Shown: piece after piece, positions 55,177 to 64,000 of the stretch
Layout: every line of letters begins with the position of its first letter
Position numbering within the stretch: the stretch's first letter is position 1
NCBI GenBank assembly: GCA_047601445.1
Contig: JASGJH010000001.1
Span: forward strand, 2,880,001-2,944,000
Direction of reading: 5' to 3'
Origin: Myxococcales bacterium
Lineage (GTDB): Bacteria; Myxococcota_A; Polyangia; Polyangiales; DASUME01
Length of the DNA: 64,000 bases
Notes under the pieces: model-generated
Told to the model about the DNA's origin: nothing
Databases searched by the model: none
Seen by the model: only the letters and a program-made list of their open reading frames with translations
Made by a program: the position numbers and the translations under genes

Positions 55177-56144
55177 CTCAGTGGTTTCTTCGGTCCCGCT
55201 TGTGCGTTGCCCTGATCAGCCTCGTCGCGGGGTGCCTGAGCGTCCCGGTCTTCGAGCCGCACAACATTCCGCAGTACAAGGGGGCGGCCGTCGGGCGCTT
55301 CTCCATCACGCTCGACCAGCAACCCAGGCAAGGCTGCACGGTTCACTTCGCTGCGCCGAACAATCCTCCTTCTCACATCACGCTCGACGAAACGGGCTGG
55401 GTCTTCAGCTCCTTCTGGCAAGGCACCAACGCGCTCGCACGCGTGGAATGTCCCGTCTATCGAGGCAAGATGGTCGCCCATTTGGGGAACCGACTGAAAT
55501 TTCAGGTCCCAGGCGACGGAACCATCGCCTACTTTGGGCACGTCCACATCGAGCTCAACGGCCGATTTCACCCGTTCATCGACCGGATTCGGGGAATCGA
55601 ACAGAAGCCGGTGGAGCTCAAGGTCGAAAGCAACATCGACGACGCCGTGCGCGAGTACGATACCCGGTACCGCGGGTTTGCCAGCACACTGCGGGTCGTC
55701 GATGGTCTGCGCGGCGCGACCAGCCCCGACCTGGTCGAGGAGCACAGTGAGCTCGATGGCCTCAAGGTCGCCTGGCGTGGCCTGCCCGCTTCGCTTCCGA
55801 ACGAGGTGGTCTTTGGCTTCCTACTCGAGGGCAGTGGTCCCACGCTGGCAGATTGCAAACGATTCACGCTCGTCGTCGATGGCCAACCGCTCGACTTCGT
55901 GCCGGAGTATTGGGCCGCCGCGAACGCATCGCCTGCCAGGGAAGTACTGCAGGTCCGACTCGATCTCGCCACCCTGCGCACGCTCGCTGCAGGGGAACGC
56001 GTCGACCTGAAGGCCTGCAGCGTCGAACGCTCGTTCACACCTCAGGCGATCGCAGTCACCCGAATCTTCGGCGAGCGCTTCGAAGAGCGTCTGGGCAGCC
56101 AAGGGTCCACGGCGACGGGAGCTACGGGAGAAGGCACCGAGTAG
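55173..56144 (+). CDS. Hypothetical lipoprotein
   Basis: Lipobox VAGC; ATGA overlap with the upstream gene. Confidence 0.75.
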   Translation: MTQWFLRSRLCVALISLVAGCLSVPVFEPHNIPQYKGAAVGRFSITLDQQPRQGCTVHFAAPNNPPSHITLDETGWVFSSFWQGTNALARVECPVYRGKMVAHLGNRLKFQVPGDGTIAYFGHVHIELNGRFHPFIDRIRGIEQKPVELKVESNIDDAVREYDTRYRGFASTLRVVDGLRGATSPDLVEEHSELDGLKVAWRGLPASLPNEVVFGFLLEGSGPTLADCKRFTLVVDGQPLDFVPEYWAAANASPAREVLQVRLDLATLRTLAAGERVDLKACSVERSFTPQAIAVTRIFGERFEERLGSQGSTATGATGEGTE

Positions 56145-56166
56145 AGGCCGAGGGACGTGGACACGC

Positions 56167-57468
56167 TTGCTGAACAGAGCTGGCGCGGGCGCCTGCGTCA
56201 GGGTGCTATCATGCCCTTCTCTGCAGGTGCTCGCCGACATAACTCGAACCGGAAAGGCCGCACCGCGCGCTCGGCCGCATCGCCAGACGCATCCTGCGTT
56301 CGTCCTGCTATCGATCGTGGCCCTCTCGTTGAGCGCTGGCGCTTGCGAGAAGCGGAGGGCGCCCACCGTTCGCCCGCCAGAGCTGGTCGCGCAGTCTCCC
56401 CGGAGCACAGCGCCGGCCGGTCCAAATCCGCAGGCACCCACCCCTACCCTGGCCCACGCACTCCTGGGTCTCGAGGGCCACTACCTACGTGACTGCAATG
56501 GACTCGAGTCCGAACAGTGGCTGGCCACACGCAAGGCCGCCCTCGATCGGCTGCTCGACGCGGTCGACGCCAACATCGCCGCCCTGTCGGGTCGAGCTGC
56601 GGACTGGGGACCCGCCGGGGTAGAACAGGCGCTGCGCAGCGTGGACCAAGCCCTCTACGCCTCCGGCTACGCAGTGTGCGTCGAGACCGAACGGCTGGGC
56701 CAGACCTTCAGCGATCCGATTCCTTACGAAGGAAGCGCGCGCATGCGGGTCTCCGACAACGTCTGTCAGGTCCATCGTAGCCTTCCCTACCGCGATGTAG
56801 CCCTCCGCGGACGGCGCGCCCTGCATCCCTTCGACTGCGATCTGGGTGCGGTCCTCTACATGTCCTCGGCCGCGCGCCACGACTGGCCCCTGGTCCTCGT
56901 CGAGGTGCCCAAGCACAACTTCGTGCGCTGGGTGTTCGCCGATGGAACGCACTTCAACTGGGATGTGAACATCGCCGAGAGCGTCTCGGATCAGGCCTAC
57001 CGTGCCGGCCAAGCGGGGCCCGCCTTCGACGCGATCCAGGAGCGCGAGGCCGGCTATCTGCAAGGCATGTCCGAGCGCGCCGTGCTCGGTTACTACGTCA
57101 GCCTGCTCATCTCGCAGGTGACCTCCGACGTGTGTCTCCTGGAGGCGAAACAGAGCCTTCAGGCTCGACGCAACCTCGAGCCATCGGTGGCCAATGCGCT
57201 CGCATGGGCGCTCGCAACGCGCCCCGCACTGGCCTCTCCCGCCCACAGCGCCGACGCCATCGCGCTCGCCGAGCGGGCCGTGCGAGAGAGCCCCTTCTGC
57301 ACCTACTGGCAGACCCTGTCGTGCGCCTACGCCGCCGCGGGAGATCTCCAGCGGGCCATTCACGTGGAGCGCCACCACGTCTCTCCGGACTCGCCGCGCA
57401 TCGAGCACTACCGTGCAGGACGCAACTGCTATCAAGAGGACGTGGCGCGCAGCCGCGGGTGCGACTGA
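56167..57468 (+). CDS. Lipoprotein with transglutaminase-like (SirB1-type) core and TPR-like tail
   Basis: AGAC lipobox; FDCDLGAVLY...VPKHNFVRW...NWD; ANALAWALAT...TLSCAYAAAGD. Start uncertain. Confidence 0.72.
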   Translation: MLNRAGAGACVRVLSCPSLQVLADITRTGKAAPRARPHRQTHPAFVLLSIVALSLSAGACEKRRAPTVRPPELVAQSPRSTAPAGPNPQAPTPTLAHALLGLEGHYLRDCNGLESEQWLATRKAALDRLLDAVDANIAALSGRAADWGPAGVEQALRSVDQALYASGYAVCVETERLGQTFSDPIPYEGSARMRVSDNVCQVHRSLPYRDVALRGRRALHPFDCDLGAVLYMSSAARHDWPLVLVEVPKHNFVRWVFADGTHFNWDVNIAESVSDQAYRAGQAGPAFDAIQEREAGYLQGMSERAVLGYYVSLLISQVTSDVCLLEAKQSLQARRNLEPSVANALAWALATRPALASPAHSADAIALAERAVRESPFCTYWQTLSCAYAAAGDLQRAIHVERHHVSPDSPRIEHYRAGRNCYQEDVARSRGCD

Positions 57469-57484
57469 GCCGCTCACGGAGAGA

Positions 57485-58057
57485 TCAACGCACGAGGGCA
57501 ATGTCCAGCTTCTCGATGCATGTGACCTCGACGTCATCACCCGGATGCAGGCGTGCGACCCACGCGCGAATGGACGCGGCCTCGATGTCCATGGTGTGCA
57601 CGGTGCCATCCCGGCACCGAAAGGTCGTGCTCGCTCCTCCACGGGCCACCGCGAGGATCTCGACTGTGGTCGCGACCCTACGGCCGAAGACCACGCCATC
57701 GGGGAGCGCGGCCCCTGTATAAACCTCGTCTTCGAAGGCGTGCCCGGGCTTGAGGATTTGGAAGGCCAGCGACTCCTCTCGATCGACGCGCACCCTGTCA
57801 CCGGTCTCCATGCGTCCGAACACGACGTCGTCCCCCACGGCCACCGCCGACAGGGTTCCGTCGGCGATCTTCATGGTGACGATCCGAGCGATGCGGTCGA
57901 TGCCCGTCAGCGTGGCGATCATGGTGGACATGACCTCCGCTCCCGACTTCGGGGGCGGGCTTTGTCGGCTCCCTGCGCAACCGATGCCGCCAACCAAAGC
58001 GACCAGGCAGGCATAGGCACTGTTTGCCGCCGAGCGTGACGTGCAGGTCTTCGTCAT
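57485..58057 (-). CDS. Lipoprotein with two OB-fold-like repeats
   Basis: GIGC lipobox; two repeats ending TGDRVRV and PGDDVEV. Confidence 0.65.
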   Translation of the reverse strand: MTKTCTSRSAANSAYACLVALVGGIGCAGSRQSPPPKSGAEVMSTMIATLTGIDRIARIVTMKIADGTLSAVAVGDDVVFGRMETGDRVRVDREESLAFQILKPGHAFEDEVYTGAALPDGVVFGRRVATTVEILAVARGGASTTFRCRDGTVHTMDIEAASIRAWVARLHPGDDVEVTCIEKLDIALVR

Positions 58058-58323
58058 GCGTGCCTTTCGGTTGGGTCCACCGGGTGGACATCCGTCGCGC
58101 ACGTTCTCGCGCAATGACTCGAAGGTTTCGCGATGGAGCTCAAGAGAAACTGACACTCCAGCTCGCTAGAGGCCGCAGACATTCGACGCGAAGGCCTCGA
58201 GATCAGCCTCGAAAGCGCTTACTTACTCCGCGGTTCACCCCAACTCGCGCAGGCAGCTCGTGAATCGCCCGGGTTAGGCAGCGTCTTGCGCACTTCTGTG
58301 CCCCTCGCCACTCGGAGAACTGC

Positions 58324-59448
58324 ATGCGCTCCTGTTCAGGTCTTCTTCAACCTTCATGGTCCGGTTTGTTGCTCACGGCGGCCCTGCTCGGCGCCTGCGG
58401 CGATGATCCCCAACACGGCGGCCCGACCGACGCAGGCACTCAGGACGGCTCGCAGCAGATGACCGATGAAGACGGCGGGCCTCAAGGCGATGGCGACGCC
58501 AATCCCGAGCCCGGCTCGTGCTCTCCGAAAGGAGGCCCCAAGTTCGACGACCTCAAGAAGAGCGGCAAGGGCGTCGACCTGGGCTTCGAGGAGAGCTCGG
58601 GTTTCGTCTATCAGGGAGACTTCTACTTCCACGAAGACACGGGCGGGCTCAAGCGTATCAAAGCCGGCAGCACCACCGTCGAGACGGTCACCAGCAAGCC
58701 GGGTTCCAGCATCATCGATGGCATGCTCTACGCGACCGACGCCGATGGCACGCACCTCACTCGCGTTCCCCTCGCGACGCCCGACGCGACCCCCGAGGTG
58801 CAGGGCGGCACGATGCGGGGCTTTCCGACGGTCGTCCAGGGCGATTCCATGTACGGCTTCGACGACGTGCGCGACGCGACCCACGACCTCTGGAAGCAGG
58901 ACTTCAAGACCGGCGTGGTCACCGTGCTCGCCAGCGTAAAGGAAGAGTTCGGAGGCATGGACGTGGCCGACGGCTACGCCTACTACACCGACAACACGTT
59001 CGGGGTCGAGCAACTGTTCCGCGTGCCCACCGCGGGCGGCAAGCCCGAGCGCATCAGCAGCAAGAACCAGCACTACTTCGATCTGCAGACCGTCAAGGTG
59101 ATCGGCGACAAGGTCTACTGGGCGGACGGCTACTCACTCCATGTCACGCAGATCGGCGCGGCGGACCCCATGACGGGCACCGAGACCTTCGGCGGCTACG
59201 GCCCAGGCGACGCGCTCTCTTCAGTCTCGAACGGCACGCGTGGCGCGAGCCGCATCACGGAGCGCGGAGACCGCATCTACTGGGTCGATGACAACGGCAA
59301 CTTCGGTTGGACGAGCAAGGACCGCAAGAGCTGCGGCGTCGTGGCCAGCTTCTCGTTCGGCGGCGGCGGCAGCCTGGTCGCCTACGGCGGCGACTCCTTC
59401 TATGCCACGAACAACTTCGAGAATATTTGGCGCTTCCCGCTCGAGTGA
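58324..59448 (+). CDS. Beta-propeller lipoprotein (DUF5050-like)
   Basis: LGAC lipobox, DAG linker, YYTD, VYWAD and IYWVD blades, LFRVPTAGG; strong codon bias. Confidence 0.82.
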   Translation: MRSCSGLLQPSWSGLLLTAALLGACGDDPQHGGPTDAGTQDGSQQMTDEDGGPQGDGDANPEPGSCSPKGGPKFDDLKKSGKGVDLGFEESSGFVYQGDFYFHEDTGGLKRIKAGSTTVETVTSKPGSSIIDGMLYATDADGTHLTRVPLATPDATPEVQGGTMRGFPTVVQGDSMYGFDDVRDATHDLWKQDFKTGVVTVLASVKEEFGGMDVADGYAYYTDNTFGVEQLFRVPTAGGKPERISSKNQHYFDLQTVKVIGDKVYWADGYSLHVTQIGAADPMTGTETFGGYGPGDALSSVSNGTRGASRITERGDRIYWVDDNGNFGWTSKDRKSCGVVASFSFGGGGSLVAYGGDSFYATNNFENIWRFPLE

Positions 59449-59658
59449 GGGCGTGCGCTACGGCATCGAGAACGTGCCGCCTGAAGAGGCGTGTCTTCCC
59501 GTGCGCTTCGAACATCGTGGCACCCATCGTGAGATAGAGCCGGCACGCTGGGCAACCTCGATGGTACAGGGGTGGTTCCGTAGGCGCTCCTGTTTTCGAA
59601 GATGCTGCGAGAACACGCCGCGATGGCGCCCCACTTGCTGTAGGATCGGGCCGCGTCC

Positions 59659-60477
59659 ATGGAGCCAGAGTCCCGCAGTTCTCCCAGTTGGCGCGCTTCG
59701 GCGTTCGACGCAGGTCTGCGCGGCGCTCGCCTCGCGGAAGACAACCCCTGGGTCGATCTGTTTGCGTTACCGTGCGCTTTTCTCATCGCGTGGGCTTTCA
59801 CGGGCACTCGGTTTGGCCGCCTACTGACGGTGCCGCTGCAGATTCAGTTCCACGAGCTGGGACACGCGCTGGTGGCTTGGCTCACGAGCCGCGCGGCGCT
59901 GCCCCTGCCCTTCGGGTTCACGTTCTGGCGTGAGGAGCGATCGACCTTCGTGGCCTGCTGCGTGCTGTTCTTGCTGAGCTGCTTGCTGGCGCGCGCGGTG
60001 ATCGAGCGGCGGCCCTTCGGCGGAGCGCTGGCCCTGGTGCTGACGCTGTTTTGGTTCGTGCTTTCTCACGTGGTGTCCGCCGCGGGCTCGCTGCGCTGGG
60101 TCATCTGGGGCGGCGTCGCCGGTGAGTTCTTGCTGACGAGCGTGGTTCTGTCGGCATTTTTCTTTCGGCTTCCCGACCGCCTGCGCTGGGACTTCTTCCG
60201 CTTTGTGGCGCTATTTCCGGCCGCCGCCGTGTGGCTTTCGGCAGCACGTCTTTGGCGCGGGATCGCGCGCGGTACGGAGTGGATTCCCCTGGGCTCCCTG
60301 CTGGGAAGCGGGGATGCAGGTGGCGACATGGACCGCCTGCTCCATGACTACGCGATGTCCGAGCAGGCGCTGACCTCCAGCTACCTGCTGACGATGAAGC
60401 TCAGCTGCTTGTTGTGGGCGGGTTGCTACGTGTACTTCGCCACGCGGGCGCTGCGAGCCATCAGGCAGCGCGCGTAG
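59659..60477 (+). CDS. Membrane protein with HExxH (M50-like metallopeptidase)
   Basis: FHELGHAL inside a multi-TM protein; GDM motif near the C-terminus. Confidence 0.75.
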   Translation: MEPESRSSPSWRASAFDAGLRGARLAEDNPWVDLFALPCAFLIAWAFTGTRFGRLLTVPLQIQFHELGHALVAWLTSRAALPLPFGFTFWREERSTFVACCVLFLLSCLLARAVIERRPFGGALALVLTLFWFVLSHVVSAAGSLRWVIWGGVAGEFLLTSVVLSAFFFRLPDRLRWDFFRFVALFPAAAVWLSAARLWRGIARGTEWIPLGSLLGSGDAGGDMDRLLHDYAMSEQALTSSYLLTMKLSCLLWAGCYVYFATRALRAIRQRA

Positions 60478-60881
60478 AGACGGCGCTGGCCGGCGCTCCA
60501 CGCCGCACACGGGGGCAGGCTCTCGGCTAATTTGGGCCGGTGGGACAGCGTCCAATCGACGGTCGATGCCGCACCTTCTGCAAAGATTTTTGGGTCCAGG
60601 AAGACCCGTCAGGCCCATCCAGGTTGCTTGGCAATGGGCGGAAGGAGGCTCTGCAGAGGAGCTTCGGCAACAAAGGTAAGGTTTGGACAGTCAGAACTGA
60701 GGAGACTCGTTCCTGAGCGTGCGACCCGCGCGAAGCTGTGCGCGTGACTATCTCGCGTCAGTGCGTAGATTGAGGCGAGGAGGTTACGGGCGAGGAGGTC
60801 GATGTGATTCGAGGATGGCCCAGCAGACTGCCGGGCGTGATCGCGGCGAAGCCTTCACGCGCGAGCGCTCCATCGGTCCTG

Positions 60882-62192
60882 ATGCAGCGCACGCGGGAGC
60901 GCGCACTGGCGGTGACCTTGCGCTGGATGACACTCGGGCTGATTCCGATCTGGATCGTCTTGATCGCTCAGGCCCTATCGCAAGACGCACTGCTGCCGGT
61001 CGTGGGCTGGTTGGTGGTCATGTCGACTCCGCTCCCGCTCCTCTATCTAGTCCGCTCTCGCCTCGGGCACGAACGCACGAGCATCTTGCTCGTGGCTTCC
61101 CTCTTCGTCATCGTTTTATTCCTCGAGGTCCTCGGGGGCTTCACGCCCGGCGCCGCGTTGATCAGCAACTCGCTGCTCCTGCTGTCGTCGCTGCTGTTCG
61201 GCAAGCGGGCGATGCGCTGGATCTTGGCGGCCTGCCTCGGAAATCTCGCGCTGGGGTGGCTGCTCTATCCGAGCGCATTCGTCGACCATGATGTCTGGCG
61301 ACTCTACGACCCGAGCAATCCTCTGGTCTGGCTTCGCTACGCGCTGGTGCTGCTGTTTTTGGGCGGCGCGCTGCGAGACACCTTCAACGACGTGCGCGGC
61401 CTCGAGCAGGAAAAGCTGCTCAACGAGCTCGGAGCCATTCTCGCCTCGAGCCTCAACGTCCAACAGACACTGGGTGAGGTGAGCAGACGCGTGTCCGAGC
61501 ACCTCGCAGACCTGAGTGTCGTCGACGTGTTGGACGGAAAGCCGATGCGCCTGCATGTGACCGTGCGAGACCCCAAGCGCGCTTGGCTCGGCACGGCGCT
61601 CCGCCACGTGGTGCTCGACTACGGTGGTCCTCACCTCGCAGAGGCGGCGTGGCGCACCCATCAGCCACAAATGGTGCAGGTCACCGACGAGTTCCTGAGG
61701 AGCCACAGCCAGGGGCCCGAGCACCTCGCCCTGCTCCGAGCGCTCCATGCGCGCAGTATCGTGAGCGCACCCATGATCACGCGGGGCCACATGCTGGGCG
61801 TGCTGATCGCGGTCTCCTCGACGCGCCCTTATGACCAACAGGACCTCCAGCTCTTGAGCCAGATCGCGCAGCGTGCAGCGATGGCCGTGGAGAACGCCGC
61901 CCTTCACGGTGCCCTACGTGATGCCCATGCCAATCTGCGCTCGCAGTTCGCGGAGCTGCGTGAGTCACAGGCCAAGGTCCGTACCCTGACCGGCCTGCTC
62001 CCGATCTGCGCCTGGTGTGGTCGCATCCGCGACGACCATCATGCCGGCGCTTGGAAAGACTTCGAGCAGTACGTGATGGACAATACGTCCGCCGACTTCA
62101 CCCACAGCATCTGCCCGGAGTGCGCCAGTCGCTGTCTGTGCGGGAACCGGGATCGTCCGCAAGCAGCGCGACGCTCGGAGCCCCACGAGTAG
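60882..62192 (+). CDS. Multi-TM + GAF + coiled coil + C-terminal CxxC...CxxC domain protein
   Basis: TM block; GAF (SAPMITRG...AMAVENA); LLPICAWCGRIRD...FTHSICPEC. Confidence 0.85.
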   Translation: MQRTRERALAVTLRWMTLGLIPIWIVLIAQALSQDALLPVVGWLVVMSTPLPLLYLVRSRLGHERTSILLVASLFVIVLFLEVLGGFTPGAALISNSLLLLSSLLFGKRAMRWILAACLGNLALGWLLYPSAFVDHDVWRLYDPSNPLVWLRYALVLLFLGGALRDTFNDVRGLEQEKLLNELGAILASSLNVQQTLGEVSRRVSEHLADLSVVDVLDGKPMRLHVTVRDPKRAWLGTALRHVVLDYGGPHLAEAAWRTHQPQMVQVTDEFLRSHSQGPEHLALLRALHARSIVSAPMITRGHMLGVLIAVSSTRPYDQQDLQLLSQIAQRAAMAVENAALHGALRDAHANLRSQFAELRESQAKVRTLTGLLPICAWCGRIRDDHHAGAWKDFEQYVMDNTSADFTHSICPECASRCLCGNRDRPQAARRSEPHE

Positions 62193-62251
62193 CCGCGCAG
62201 GGCTGCGCCATTGCGTGCCTCGCGCCAAGTGAGCCAGCATGGAGCCGCGTT

Positions 62252-63109
62252 CTAGGTGCTGGCGACCAACAGCTCTTCGGCGTTGTTGGGCGGCCGAAGA
62301 CCATCGCTGCGGCTGGAAAAGTAGCGCTCCGCGAGGGCCGCTGCCGACACGTGCTCGGCCTCTCGGAAGCCCGCTTCGCGCGCCAGGGCCAGCATCTCCT
62401 CCGGCGTGAAGAAGCTGATGAATGGGGTACCGTTGGCGCGGGCGCCCTTCGCGGCCTGCTCGATGCCGGGACGCACCTCGGGGTCAGCCAGCTCGATGGG
62501 GAGCATGAAGGACATGGCGAAGGTGCTGCCCGGAGCGAGTCGCGCCACCTGGCGCATGGTCTCGGAAATGGCCTCCTTCGTGAGGTACATGCTGACTCCC
62601 GTGGAGGCCACGAGCGCGGGGCGCGTCGCGTCGAAGCCCGAGGCGGCCAGGCGCTCCCACCAGGCATCTCCGGCCTCGAAGTCCACCGGCACGAGGCGCA
62701 GGAACTCGGGGACGCCCAAGCCGAGCTCCAGCAAGCGCTGGCGCTTCCACTCCTGAGCTCCCGGGCGGTCGACCTCGAACACGCGCATACGCGACGCGAG
62801 CTCGGGCTTGCGCTGTGCGAAGGTGTCGAGGCCCGCCCCGAGAATGACGTATTGGGCGACGCCGCGTGCGGATGTCTCTTCGAGCAGGTCTTCGATGAAG
62901 CGGGCGCGCGCGACGATGGAGGCCCGGAAGGGCCGCGTGAAGGGGCTCATATCGGGGCGCTGCTGCCAGCCTGCGGCCGGTGCCGCGAGCTTCAGGCCGA
63001 TCTCGTCATGAAACACATGGGGCGGTGGATCGACCTCGACATGGAGGGCCCGCCAGAGGGCCACGCGCACGGCCGTGTTGTCTGCTTCGACGCCGGGCTT
63101 CTTCGACAT
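62252..63109 (-). CDS. Leucine-carboxyl-methyltransferase-like SAM methyltransferase
   Basis: ALWRALH, ARARFIED, QYVILGAGLDTFA, FEVD, GVSMYL. Confidence 0.92.
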   Translation of the reverse strand: MSKKPGVEADNTAVRVALWRALHVEVDPPPHVFHDEIGLKLAAPAAGWQQRPDMSPFTRPFRASIVARARFIEDLLEETSARGVAQYVILGAGLDTFAQRKPELASRMRVFEVDRPGAQEWKRQRLLELGLGVPEFLRLVPVDFEAGDAWWERLAASGFDATRPALVASTGVSMYLTKEAISETMRQVARLAPGSTFAMSFMLPIELADPEVRPGIEQAAKGARANGTPFISFFTPEEMLALAREAGFREAEHVSAAALAERYFSSRSDGLRPPNNAEELLVAST

Positions 63110-63176
63110 GACCGCGCAGTATACGACGCCCAACCAATTCCCGTGGGCCCGCTGGCGGCACGCGCACAACCCATGC

Positions 63177-63205
63177 TTGACATTATATAAGCAAGCGCTT
63201 ATGAA
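63177..63205 (+). promoter_or_regulatory. Sigma70 promoter overlapped by probable ArsR operator
   Basis: TTGACA 63177-63182, N17, TATGAA; palindrome ATAAGC-N4-GCTTAT at 63187-63202. Confidence 0.7.
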
Positions 63206-63212
63206 TGGGCTC

Positions 63213-63542
63213 ATGCACAGCGCGGCCGCAGCGGAGAGCAGGATTTTCCAGGCGCTCGCCGATCCCAGCCGCCGAGCCATTTTCGAGTCGCTCACGCGCG
63301 GAGAAGCGGCGGTCAAGGACCTCACGGCGCGCTTTCACATCTCACAGCCGGCGGTGTCACAGCACCTTGCCGCTTTGAGGGACGCCGGCCTGGTGAACGG
63401 TCGGCGCGAGGGCCGTCGCGTCTACTACCGCGTGGAGCCGCGCGGCATGAAGCCGCTGCTCGATTGGATCGCCCATTATCGCGTGTTCTGGGCCGAGCGC
63501 GTCGATCGCCTCGAGCAACTGTTGGAGAAGATGGCCCCATGA
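63213..63542 (+). CDS. ArsR/SmtB-family regulator
   Basis: FQALADPSRRAI, SQPAVSQHLAALRDAGLV, GRRVYY. Confidence 0.92.
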   Translation: MHSAAAAESRIFQALADPSRRAIFESLTRGEAAVKDLTARFHISQPAVSQHLAALRDAGLVNGRREGRRVYYRVEPRGMKPLLDWIAHYRVFWAERVDRLEQLLEKMAP

Positions 63543-63621
63543 CAAGCCCGCCGATGTGCCTCACTCTGAATGCCCTAGTGAGGGTCGAGAGCGTGAACCC
63601 CTGCACGGAGTCGATGTCCCG

Positions 63622-64000
63622 ATGAAAGCGCCAGCGAGTGCCGCACGCACGGCAAGCAAGTCACCCAAGACCGCCAGCAAGCCCAAGACTGCCACCAAGC
63701 GCAGTTCCCCGGCGAGCGCGAGCAAGGCCAAGCCCGCCCCGAAGGCCAGCGCGGACGACAGCGCGGCGGCCCAGCTCATCGATCAGCGCATCGGTGACCT
63801 GGGAGATTGGCGCGGGGAGACCCTGGCGCGCATGCGAGAGCTCGTGCTGGAGGCCGACGCCGAGATCATCGAAGAATGGAAGTGGGAGAACCCGGTCTGG
63901 TCCCGCGCTGGCATCATCTGCACCGGCGAGGCCTACAAGAAGGCCGTGAAACTCACGTTCGCCAAGGGCGCCATGCTGCCGGATCCCGCTCGGCTCTTCA
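63622..64000 (+). CDS. DUF1801 (YdhG-like) protein with Lys/Ala-rich N-tail; runs off the window
   Basis: Not in the track. ...IDQRIGDLGDWRGETLARMR...EEWKWENPVWS...CTGEAYKKAVKLTFAKGA. Confidence 0.88.
   Translation, partial: MKAPASAARTASKSPKTASKPKTATKRSSPASASKAKPAPKASADDSAAAQLIDQRIGDLGDWRGETLARMRELVLEADAEIIEEWKWENPVWSRAGIICTGEAYKKAVKLTFAKGAMLPDPARLF

Noticed and set aside
60480..60880. Long intergenic regions (also 1226-1617, 23950-24285, 58060-58320) as ncRNA or riboswitch
   Set aside because: No conserved motif or convincing structure seen by eye; an Rfam search would be needed.

Overview
GC-rich bacterial DNA whose gene content points to a myxobacterium (Polyangiales-like): many Hanks kinases, an FHA-sigma54 activator, a PEGA/TPR protein, EGF and Cys-rich repeats, and lipoproteins with acidic DAG linkers. 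The taxonomy is inferred. About 50 genes are supported, mostly for signal transduction, hydrolases and envelope lipoproteins. I found no rRNA, tRNA, CRISPR array, transposase or phage genes. Most ORFs in the track are shadow frames. Three real ORFs are missing from the track: an Rhs-core protein running off the left edge, a 53-aa lipoprotein, and a DUF1801 gene running off the right edge. Main observations: (1) a cluster of two lipid-anchored mcl-PHA-depolymerase-like paralogues, a family VIII esterase-like lipoprotein and an AraC regulator, divergent from a NarL-type two-component system with a palindromic box between them; (2) a shell-less, signal-peptide-bearing mini-Rhs protein; (3) a Ser/Thr kinase with a dCache amino-acid-type sensor next to a Cache-type hybrid kinase with a pseudo-receiver; (4) an FHA-activator / kinase / TPR-PEGA / lipoprotein operon; (5) six apparent frameshifts, four at or beside GATC, suggesting methylation-linked sequencing errors rather than pseudogenes. 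All family calls come from motifs read by eye, with no database search. Many start codons are my own picks.
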